Part shown: positions 33,849 through 44,500 of the stretch, piece by piece
How positions within the stretch are numbered: position 1 is the stretch's first letter
How the letters are laid out: every line of letters starts with the position of its first letter
Assembly (NCBI GenBank): GCA_004431415.1
Contig: QPMI01000181.1
Coordinates: 1 to 64,000 of the forward strand
Direction of reading: 5' to 3'
Source of the DNA: Cyanophora paradoxa CCMP329
Taxonomy: Eukaryota > Plantae > Glaucophyta
DNA length: 64,000 nt
Position numbers and translations under genes: made by a program
The notes under the pieces: model-generated
The model's database searches: none
Told to the model about the DNA's origin: nothing
What the model saw: the letters and a program-made list of their open reading frames with translations, nothing else

Positions 33849-34633
33849 TATCGACTGTTTAATTGGACATGTTACACTTGAAACACAATTTTGATACAGT
33901 AAAAAACAGAATCCAATCTTATCAATTGTTTAATTGGACATAATGCAACTCTGGGGTCATTTTTGATACAGTAAAAATCTCAACCGAATCTCATCGATTG
34001 TTTAATTGGACATAATGCAGTAACCATCTCTTCCAACAAAATACGCCGCAATCTCATCAATTGTTTAATTGGACATAATGCAGTAACCATCTCTTCCAAC
34101 AAAATACGCCGCAATCTCATCGATTGTTTAATTGGACATAATGCAGTAACCATCTCTTCCAACAAAATACGCCGCAATCTCATCGATTGTTTAATTGGAC
34201 ATAAGGCAGTAACCATCTAATCCAACAAAATACGCCGCAATCTCAACGATTGTTTAATTGGACATAATGCAGTAAGGAGTGAATTATTTTCATCCGATAT
34301 TTCATCGATTGTTTAATTGGACATAATGCAGTAACGAGTGAATTATTTTCATCCGATATCTCATCGATTGTTTAATTGGACATAATGCAGTAACAAGTGA
34401 ATTATTTTCAACCGATATATCATCGATTGTTTAATTGGACATAATGCAGTAACCATCTCTTCCAACAAAATACGCTGCAATCTCATCGATTGTTCAATTG
34501 GACATAATGCAGTAACGAGTGAATTATTTTCAACCGATATATCATCGATTGTTTAATTGGACATAATGCAGTAACGAGTGAATTATTTTCAACCGATATT
34601 TCATCGATTGTTCAATTGGACATAATGCAACTC
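33849..34633. repeat. Subterminal tandem array: about 13 copies of a 33-nt core with two recurring linker types (63- and 59-nt units)
   Basis: Core TCATCGATTGTTTAATTGGACATAATGCAGTAA at 33991, 34054, 34117, 34180, 34243, 34302, 34361, 34420, 34483, 34542 and 34601, plus two degenerate upstream copies. Confidence 0.9.
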
Positions 34634-34679
34634 TGTGTGAATTTTTGCGATTTCCGATAGAATGGGCGGTGGACTACTT

Positions 34680-34825
34680 CAATCGTGATTATATCAATCG
34701 TGATTATATCATAAATTTATGTTCCTTCAATCGAGATTATATCAAATTTGCATAAAATACATATTAATCGCGTTTATATCAATAAATTAATCGATATTAT
34801 ATCAATTGTTTAATCGAGATTATTA
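34680..34825. repeat. AT-rich subterminal repeats AATCG-N3-TTATATC
   Basis: aatcgtgattatatc x2, aatcgagattatatc, aatcgcgtttatatc and aatcgatattatatc. Confidence 0.65.
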
Positions 34826-34926
34826 AAATTTAATATAAAAATACATATTTATCGATTAATTTATACATATTTATTAACATGAAAATACATATTTATCGAT
34901 TAATTATACAAATTTATTTAAGAAAA

Positions 34927-35011
34927 ACACATAAAGAAATACAAATTTAAATCCAGGAGCGAAGCGCGAAGCGCGTAGCGGAGGGATTTAAATTTGTATT
35001 TCTTTATGTGT
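34927..35011. repeat. Terminal hairpin of element B (28-bp perfect stem; loop with three GCGNAGC units)
   Basis: ACACATAAAGAAATACAAATTTAAATCC (34927-34954) is the exact reverse complement of 34984-35011. Confidence 0.92.
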
Positions 35012-36006
35012 AACCCAATTCGTTAACCAAACTCGAAACTCAAGAAGTTATTACAGAGTGCGCATTCGCATGCGCTAGCGCTGCAGCTAATATTTATTGT
35101 CCGGCGACAATGCAAATACTCACCTTCAACTGGCCGGCGGCAGGTGCGACTCTGACGGGAGACCTGTCAAGGAGGAGAAGCGGCTTGTAAACGAGCTGTA
35201 CATCAAATCGAACAATCTTGCCGTCCTCGTCATCGCAGAGTCCGCGGCGCTGGTCCTCCTGCTTGCTGTGAATAATTTTTGGGTGAATCCATCGCTGAAC
35301 GCGAGGGAATCTGGGATTTCAAATGCGCTGGCCGGCAAGAATAAAGAAGCAATCATGATATACAAAGGCGAGATATGCAGTCTCCTTGCCTCAAATGGTT
35401 CGTTACCAGCCGGCTGATGTTAATAATCGCGTGCTTAATTTTCATGGTAGACGAGGTTCGCGATGAGTTGGCTTCGGAATTTACGCGTCTCAAGATACAG
35501 ACGGCAATGAAATACAAGGATGAATATCGAGTGTACGAGATCGCCAACTGTCCTCTCCATATGCGTGGCAATATGCACAACGGCAAGATCAAGCCATCCT
35601 CATCGATCGCACCGGTCGACGTTGAAGGTGCCGGAACATATGCAAGGCTACCCCCAGCCCCGGCCATCATAGACAGTAACTACAACGCGTTCGCGTATGG
35701 TGACCCATCGATCGCGAAGAACGTCCGGCATCGCCCTCATGTTAGTGGACCCTCTGCAAATCCTGACCAGCTGCAGCCTCATCATGACGAATAGACCAAC
35801 GGTAGTACTAGTTCGAGTTCAGTGTATTCCTGCACACCTGCATGCACACAATCGACGATCTTCTAGGACGACCATCAATTTTGTTGTTCCTGCAGATATG
35901 TGCTCGCAGCCTCGTGAGCTGTAGCGCTTCTAGATCTGATGTAAATCGACTCGCGATCAGCTATTGCAACTTGTGGATGTGTGTGTGTTGTTTGTTGGGT
36001 AAAGGA

Positions 36007-36030
36007 TGTGTGTGTGTGTGTGTGTGTGTG
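36007..36030. repeat. (TG)n microsatellite
   Basis: Twelve TG units. Confidence 0.9.
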
Positions 36031-36153
36031 GTGTGGTGGGGGTTCAGTGCAAGAGTTCTAAGTGCGTTCGATCCGCTGTCGACGTCGACATGGTTCAACT
36101 CACTTCACACGTACACGCCCCCTGGCCCAGGCCCCCCCGAGCCCCCCCCGCCC

Positions 36154-39100
36154 CTACTCCTGGGAGAGGACCTGGGTGATGGCGCGGACGACGGGCGAGG
36201 CGGCGACGTCGGTGCGCGGCTCGGCGAGCTTGCGCTCCAGCAGCTCGTCCACCAACGCCCGCAGCTCCCGCGCCAGCACCGCCACCCGCGCCGGCGCGTG
36301 GAACTCGATCTGCAGCGCGACGGGCTCAGCAACCGGTACGAGATGGATTTTAGGAGGTTTAAGATTTTAGTTCAGGGGCCTATCGTTTCCAGATTACGAG
36401 ACGCGGGTGGGTGGGAGTGGGGCCGCTCGCGTCGCACCCAGCCGTCGACGGCGACGACGGCGCGCTGGTGGTCGACGGAGATGGGGCCCCCGAAGAGCAG
36501 CAGCGCGAACGGCGACACCTGCACCGGCGAGATGTCAGGAGGGAGGAGGAGGCGGCCGCGGCGGTGCAGGTGGCGGGGCCATGCAGCGGTGCCGGCCGCG
36601 GGAGCTCTTTTTTTTGGGGGTGGGGGGGGGTGGGGGGTGGGCGGGGGGGGACCATGGAGGAATCGCGGATGAAGACCTTGTTCGTCTTGACCTGCGCGCC
36701 TGCATCAGCGAACGAAGAGGGGGCACGAGGGGGAGGGGGGGGGTTAGGGTCGCGCGCCTTCTCGAGGAAGACGAGCCAGCGGGACTCGAAGTCGGTCGAG
36801 GCGAAGTTGACCGAGCCCGGGTGCAGGTGCACCCGCCCTGCCGGCGCGCGGGGAGCGGCGGCGTCAGGCTCGAGCCGGGCCGCAAGGAGCCGGGGGCGGC
36901 GGGCGGGCGGGTCGAGGGCGGCGGGCGGGCGGGCGGGGCGGACCGTCGTGCTTGGTGGAGTGGGTGATCTCCCGCGCCTTGTGGTCCTTCGCCATGCTGC
37001 CCCCGCCGTCTCCGCGTACTGCGGGGGGGGGGGGGGGGGGGGGGGGGGGCAGGGGTTAGACGGCGGGGAGCGAATGGGCGGGGCGGATAATTGCGGTCTC
37101 TTCAGTCCACGCACAGGGCGGACCCCTCGCAGGATTCTAGCAAGCAAATGCACGGGGCGGATGGAGGGAGGGAGGGGGCGGGCCGGGGAGGGGCGGGGGG
37201 CGGGGGGCGGGGGGGAGGGGGGAGCGGACCTTTGTCTCGGGGAGCTCGACGGAGACGACGTTGGGGTAGAGCCCCGCCGCCAGCACCGCCCGCACCTGCG
37301 CGGCCCGGCGGTGGTCGGACCCGGGGCGGGGGGAGGGGGGGGGGGGGGCGGCGGGCGGGGGGGCGAGAAGGGGGGGGGGGGGGCGGGGCCCCGGGCCGTC
37401 TCTAGGGCCTCTTGGGAAATGTCGTGAAAGCTTAGGTCATCTTTTTCTCTAGATCACGTCAGATCTCTAGGCCGCGTTTGAATTCTCGCAACGAGGCCGT
37501 CGCTTGGGCCATTTTCAACAAAGGGTTTCTTGGCGGCGGGCGAGCGCGGGGCCGGGCCCGCACCAGCTTCACGTTCTTCGCCTGCGCGTTCGCCCGCGCG
37601 CCCTTGGCCTCTGCGCGCCCGGCCCCGCCCCGTGAGCCGGTCATCGGCGGTGTAAAGAAGCCTGGAAAGCCCGGGGCGCCCAGCGAGTCTAGGGCGCCCA
37701 GGCTTCTTCTCGAGCGAGACAGAGAGGCGCCGGTTCGGGAAGCCTGGAAAGCCCACGGCGCCCGGGCGCGCGAAGGAGTGGCTTCGGGGGCGCACCGAAG
37801 CCGATGTCGCGGAGGAGGTCGGCGAACTGGTGCCGCAGGTCGCTCATCGTCCGAAGCGTCTGCCGCGACAGGAAGTGCTGCGCCGCCGGCCGCGCGAGAG
37901 GCGAGACGAGTCAGGCCGAGCGCGTCGACCGGGAAGCACGCGGAATGGTTCGAGGCGTTCTAGCGCGCAAGCTAGGCTAGGTAGGCCATGCGGTTGGCGC
38001 CGGCCCGGCCCCAGCCAACTCCGAGTCCGCCCTCGTCTAGCTAATGGCTAATGCTAATGTGCCTATATATGCTAATGGCTTGTGGCTATATATGCCAAGC
38101 AAGTAACGCGAGCGACCTCGTTGCAGTAGGCGTCGTCGCGGCCCTGGGAGCGGGCGTCGAGCCAGCCGTTGTAGGCCCGCAGCGTCGTCAGGTGGTCCGA
38201 GCGCCCCACCGCCATCCCACGCTTCGCCTTGTTCGCCTGAGGGCGACGGGGAGGGCGGGCGGGATGAGATGAGGGGCAAGCGGTGAGATAAGAGCTTTGG
38301 TAAGAGCGAGCTAGGAAGCCTAAGATGTTTCTAGGAAGCTAGGAAGCTTGAATCGAAGCGGAAGGCAGCTGGACTCCTGCAGCTGCAGCTCGCAGCCGGG
38401 GCTCTCGATCCATCGGGCGCGGGCGCGGGGGGCACCTCGTCGCGCTTCTCGAGGGGGGCGACGAAGGGGGAGCGGGAGGAGAGCCCCGCCGCGATCGTCA
38501 GGATCGGGTCCACGCACCTGCCGGGGCCGGGGCGACGGCGTCAGATAGGGAAGGAGCACAGCGGAGGAAAGCGCAGGGGGCGGGCGGGCGGACTGGAAGA
38601 CGGCTTAGCTAATAATTAAGACTCTGAACTTAGTTTATAGTTACGATTATGAACTCTTCGAGCAGGTAAAGCAGCGAGCAAATCAAAGCAAAGCGGGCGG
38701 ACTGGAACACGGAGGCGAGGAGGAAGGACGGGAGGAGTAAAGGATCTATCTATCTAAATATCTGCTATGATGAAAGGATCTATCTATCTATCCATCCGAA
38801 CTCTATTATTATGAACTCTTAGAGCGGATAAGCAAGCGGAGGGGGCGGTTTGGAAGATCTCCCTCTATGGTAAAGCGGGCGGACTCTATCTTGTTCGTAA
38901 AGGACCTCCCTATAAAGGGGGCGGGCGGGCGGAGGGGCGGGCGGACTGGAGGACGGAGGCGAGGAGGAAGGACGGGAGGAGTAAAGGATCTATCTATCTA
39001 TCTATCTCTTTATCCAGCCTCCGGTCTGGAAAGTCTCTTTATCCATCTCTTTATCTTAAGCAAAGCAAAGCAAAGCAAAGGGGGCGGACTGGAAGACGGA

Positions 39101-41474
39101 GGCGAGGAAGGACGGAAGGAATGAAGGATGTTTTTTTTTATCTCTATCATAAAGGATCTATTGTTATTAATCTATCGGGCTGGGTCTCTATCTCTATTAT
39201 AAAGGATCTCCTTGTAAGGAAAGGAAGGTGCGGGCGGGCGGACTGGAAGACGGAGGCGAGGAGGAGCATCTTGCCGACGCGCACGTCCACCGGCAGCGAC
39301 GCCAGGTGCCGCCCCAGCGGCGTCGCGCCCCCCTCCCTGCGCGGAGGCGCGTGAGAGGGGGGAGGCCGCAGGAGGCCCGGCGCTAGTGCGAGGGGCGGCC
39401 CTGCGTCCAACGTCTATGTCCCTCTTTCGATCTAGTGCCTCGCTGTTCTGGTCTGTCTGTCTCGGGCCGCGGCGCACGCGTTGAGGGCGCCGATCTCCTT
39501 GAGGACCATCACCGCCGCCTCCACCTGCCGCCCCCGTCGCCAAGAGCGGGAGGGGGGGGAGAAAGAGGGGGGTGCGCCGGCGGCGCGCCTGCTCGCGGGG
39601 CGGGGGCTGCAGGGCCTCCCCAAGGAAGGCCTGCGGGTCCCCGTACCCCAGCACCTGCGCGGGGGCGAGGGGAGGGCCGAATCAGCGATGCCGGCCAGCC
39701 TCTCTGTCTACCCGAAGTCACGGACCTCGATTTGGAGGCAGAGCTGCTCGAGGGGCACGCGGAGCATCTCGGGCAGCTGCTGCTCCGCCATCGCCTCGTG
39801 CCGCCGCCGCGTGAAGAGCCGGAAGCAGCGCCCCGGCCGCACGCGCCCCGCCCGGCCCCGCCGCTGCTTCGCCGACGCCTGCGGGCAGGGGCGGTCAGCC
39901 CCGTCCGTCTGGTATGGCACGGCTCTCGTGGGGGATCGTCCAAGGCGCGCCTTGGAGACCCACGTCTCGACGAGGGCCGTCAGCCGCGTCGCCGCGTCGT
40001 ACTGCCCCCCGCCCGCCCGGTCAGAAGATGGAGGAGACGGAGGAGAGTGAGGAGGGCGGGGCGCCTGATTCTCTCCTAGCTATAGGTTCTCCTAGTTTCT
40101 CTAGGAACCGAGGAGGGCGGGTAGGGAGGGGCGGGGTACCTGGTTCTCCTTGACGCGGCCGGCGTCGACGACGTACACGCAGTCGTCCACCGTGATCGAC
40201 CTGCCGCCCCGGCCCCGCCCCGCCTCTCAGCATCGGCCTCGGCCTCGGCTTCAAGGTATCCAGTCTCTACTGATTCGCTTGAGCTTCTAGTGCGCCCGGC
40301 CCTCCGCCGCCCCGCCCGGCCCCCTGCCGCCGCTCCCTAGACGATTTGCGATGGCTCATGTGGTCCACGCACGTCTCGGCGATGTTGGTGGCGATGACGA
40401 CCTTGCGCGTGTTCGGCGGCGCCCGCTCGAAGATCCGCTTCTGGTCCGAGCTGCGCCCCGCCGCCCTCAGCCGCGCGGCGACCGCCGCTTTGAAGGCGGG
40501 AGGGCGCGGACCTGGCGAGGGTGGAGTGGAGGGGCAGGAGGAGGAGACCCCGCACGCCCCGCAGCCGCTCGTGCACCGCCTGAAGCGAGGCGGGAGGGTT
40601 AGGGGGCGGAGGAGGCGGCTCTACAGGCGCTCTCTCTGCACGTGGAGAGGGGTACCTGGATCTCCTGGATGCCCGGGAGGAAGATCAGGATGGCCCCCTC
40701 GCTTTCCTCGGTGTGGATCTGGGGAAGGGGGATACAGGGTCAGAAACCTGTTTAGGAGAAGTGGGGGGAGGGGGGGGAGGGGGGGGGGGGGGGTCGGCAC
40801 CTTCATGACGAGAGCCTCGACGAGGTCGTAATTGATCTGGGTAAGGGGGTACGGAATCGGTGAGCAGAGGGGTACACCCGCGCGTAGGGGGGACGCGCGG
40901 CTCCCGCTCGCCTGCTCCTCGTTGTCGGAGAGGGTCACGAGGGCCTTGACCGTCCGCTCGCTGTACCCCTGCGCAACAAAGAGAAAAGGTGAGCTCAGGT
41001 GAGTTCAGGTGAGGGGGTACGGGGTTTTCGGACCTTGTACTGGGCGGACGCCTCGGCGAGCTCGTCGAAGGACGTCGCCTCCTCGGCCGCCGCGGGCCCG
41101 TCGCCGCCGCCGGCCGCCGCCGCGGCAGCGGCCGCCGCCGCGCGGCTCTGGTTGCGCTTGCGCGAGGGGCGCCACTCCAGCGCGTAGCTGGAGCAAAGGT
41201 ATCAGACCCAGATGGACACGGAAAGAGCAAGCCGAATGGAAGGCGGGGCGAGTGCTCTCCCTTCCATCTATTCGCTATTTATCTCCTTGACTTTGCTATT
41301 TATCTATCCAGAAGGAAGCCGGGGCGGGGGGCGCGGCGCACCCGTCGCAGAACTCGAGGGTGTCCTCCAGGAAGTACTCCTTGACGGGGTGCGTGAACCC
41401 CGGGATGTCCACCGCCGGGCACCTGAGAACAGAGGATGAGATGAGACAGATGAGGCGGGCGGGCGGGCGGGCGG

Positions 41475-41505
<31 letters not shown>

Positions 41506-44500
41506 CGGGCGGGCGGGGCGCGCCCGGCGAAGTAGTTGGAGAAGAGGTGCGCGTTGATGGTCGCCGACATGAGCACCACCTGCCCGAAGAAGGCGCTCGC
41601 TCGGGCTGGATCTATGTCGGGTTTGGGGTGGGGGCGGGCGTGCCTTGAGGTCGGGGCGGGCGGGGAGGAGGCGCTTGAGGATGACGAGGAGGAAGTCGCT
41701 GTCCAGCGACCGCTCGTGCACCTGCCCCCCGGCCGCTCGGCTCAGAAGAAGATGCTAGAAGATGCAAGCAAGCTAGAGAGTCGAGGGGGCCCGAGCAACA
41801 AGGGCCCGCGCCCTCTCCGCTTCGACTTCTAGTTCGGCTGCAAGCCAGCTAGAAGACGCAAGACGCAGGCTAGCTAGAGAGCTGAGCTTGGCTCGCTCGC
41901 CTCGTCGATGAGGAGGTGGGTGCAGCGGGCGAGGCGGGGGTCGGACTGGAGCTTGCGGAGGAGGACGCCCGTCGTCGCGAAGAGCAGCCGCGTCTCCCGC
42001 GACGCCACCGACTCCAGCCGCACCTGCGGGGGGCGCGGGCGGGCGTCAGGAGAGGGAGAAAAGAGGTCAGGCGCCGGGGTCATGGCCGAGGGGCCGCCAT
42101 CCATCAATCATAGCTAGATCCCGCCCCCATGGCCGAGGGGCCGCCGATTTGATAGCTTAGGTCCAGGGTTCATTCCCGAGGGGCCGCCATCAAGAATAGA
42201 ACAGAAGGACCCGAGGCCCGGGGGGCGGACCTGGTAGCCGACGGTGGCGCCGGCCTTCTCGCCCCGCTCGTACGCGACACGCTCCGCCACGCCTGCGACG
42301 GGAGACCGGGTCGCATCGCACCGGGGGGTACGGGGGGGGAGGGGGGGGGGAAGCGGGGCGCGGGGCCGAGTGCCGTCCCAGAAGGCCCCTCGAGCCCCCA
42401 GCAGGGGCTCGGGGGGATGCAAATAGACGGGTACTTCAAACTCCCCCGGCTCCCTCCCTGCCCGCCCCCTCGCGGCGCGGGGCGGGGCGGGGCGCGTGTC
42501 GGACCGATGGCGGAGATGCGGCGGGGCTGGGTGCAGACGATGGAGCAGTACTCGCCGGCCTCCAGCGCCGCCTCCAGGATGAACTGGGGGACCTGCGGGG
42601 GGTAGAGGGGGGGCGAAGGTGAGCGCGGAGAAGAAGAGGAGGAGGCGTCGCTAGGCTAGGCCGGGCTTCGCAGGCGTGCGGCGCCTAGCCTCGAGGGCGG
42701 GCGGGCGGGGCGGGGCGGGGGGGACCTGGGTTGACTTGCCGCAGCCCGTCTCGCCCCGCACCAGCACAACCTGCGCGCCCAAGGGCAAGGGCTCAGGGAG
42801 GGAGGGAGCGCCGCCAACAACACCAGCGAGAGCTTAGGATGAGAAGGCGGCCTCCAAGCAGCCAGGACAGGCGGGGCGGGGCGGGGCGGGGCGGTTTCAA
42901 AGGGCGGGGCGGGGGCACCTGGTTGGAGGCGACGGCGGCGAGGACCTGCGAGCGGAAGGAGGCGGCGGGGAGGCGGCCCCGCGCCGCCGCCACCCGCGAC
43001 CCCTCCCCGGACTCCGCCCTGCCCGGGCCGAGCGCGCGGCCGGTTAGAGGGAAGGCGCGGCTCGCTTTGGCCTGATCCTTAGCTAGCTTCGGCTCGAAAG
43101 GGGCGTAATCTCTACCTCGTTCTTAGCTTTCCGGTTGTCGTTGCTTTCTTCTTCAGCTTAGCTTCTTCTTTAGGATTGTAACCTCTGGAACTGGAGGGGC
43201 GGGCGGGGGCGCACCAGGCCTTGGCGGCCGCCCGCAGGCGCGCGAGGTGCGCGGGGTCCTCCGCCGCGTGCGGCGGCCGCGCCGGCGGGCCCCGCCCGCC
43301 CGCCGGCCCCCTCCGGCCCCGGGCTTGTCAGCGCCCCGGTACACAGTTGAGCCGCTGCGAGGGGCGAGGTCGATAAGGCGCCCGTTCCTACGGCCTTAAA
43401 ACAAGGCAGACGAAGCCCAGCGGACCTGCTGACGCTCGCCGTGTCGTCGGCCGGCGGTGGCGGGGCCGGCGGCGCCGCTGCGGGTGCCGGCGCGGCCTGC
43501 GGCGCCGCTTCGACCGCGGCCGCCGGGCTATCCAGCTCCTCCCACGACTCCGAGGCGCCCTCCTGTAGCACAGGCGGCGCCGGGGGCTTCGGCACGTCCG
43601 CCTTGAGCGATCCGGCAGGCGCGGCCGGGGCAGCCGAAGGGGCCGCCGGCCCCTCCTCCGCCGCCGCCTTGCCGCCCTTGGCGCCGCCCTTGCCGCCGGC
43701 CTTGCCGCCGCCGGCGCCGGCGCCGCCCTTGCCGCGGCCCTTTGCGGCGGCGCGGGCGAGGGAGGCCTTGTGCGCCGCCACTGCGCATGCCGCCCCGGCG
43801 CGAGTCAGATGAACGAAGACTCGCCCACACACGCTTGCGAGAGCGGTCTACAAGCGGCCCAGGCGCAGCCTCAGCCCAGCCTCCCTGCGGCGGACCTGCG
43901 GCGGCGGGGTCGTTGCCCGCGGCGACGGCGGCGGCCGCGACGGCCTCCTCCTCCGCCGCCGCCCGCTTCTTCGCCTCCTCCTCCTCCGCCCGCTGCGCGC
44001 CCGAACCCGTCAGGCCGAGCCGAGCCGAGGCGGACTCGAGGCCTTCGCGGGAAGGAAGCCAAGCCCTTCACCGGCTTAGGCTCCCAGGCTAGCGCCCTAG
44101 GGCTCGCCCGTCTCTCAGGGTAGGCCGCGGACCGCCTCTCGAGACACATCGAAAAGGCTAGCCTGCTTGCTTGGACCTTCCCCAGCTCCGCGGGGCGGGG
44201 GGCGGACTCGGGGGCCGTGGCGGCGGACCTGCTGCTCCTTGAAGCGGATGTTGCGGCGGATCTCCTCCGACGTCTCCGCGTCCACCTCCAGCGTCACGCA
44301 CCTGCAAGAGGGAAGAGGAACTAGTTAAGAGGCGCTGGTGGGGAGGCAGAGCTCGAACGAGCTTTGGAGCTTCGAAGAGGCCGCTTTAAAGAACTTTAGG
44401 TCTTTAAAGAGCTTTGGAGCTTCAGGGAGGGAAGGAGGACGAGGGAAGAAGAGCTAGTCAGAGGGGCAACGAGGCAGAGCTTTAAAGAGCTTTAGAGCCT

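Larger units (their letters stand above)
19333..35011. mobile_element. Endogenous Maverick/Polinton-like virus, element B (right part; left part displaced by element A)
   Basis: Contains the polB 3' part plus integrase, patatin and fibre homologues of element A genes. It ends at an equivalent 28-bp hairpin (...ATGTGT 35011), after which GC content rises. Confidence 0.88.

Noticed and set aside
33980-34216. 78-aa repetitive ORF (MVTALCPIKQS...)
   Set aside because: By-product of the 63-nt tandem repeat.
33849-34633. CRISPR array
   Set aside because: Linkers are two recurring types rather than unique spacers, no cas genes are present, and the context is a eukaryotic viral element end.
34927-35011. 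Helitron 3' hairpin or rho-independent terminator
   Set aside because: No Rep/Hel gene, CTRR end or U-tract. The stem reaches the very end of the element and is mirrored in element A.
1-35011. Bacterial prophage or contaminant
   Set aside because: The gene set (Maverick-type polB, rve integrase, A32 ATPase, jelly-roll capsids) is eukaryotic-viral and joins host DNA at a defined terminus. Read support for the junction was not checkable.
35012-35950. Genes or a transposon remnant in the intermediate-GC flank (ORFs 35097-35794)
   Set aside because: No recognisable motifs or terminal repeats; left unannotated.
36007-36030. Link between the (TG)n tract and the TGTGT element end
   Set aside because: It lies about 1 kb from the junction and fits an ordinary microsatellite downstream of the helicase gene.
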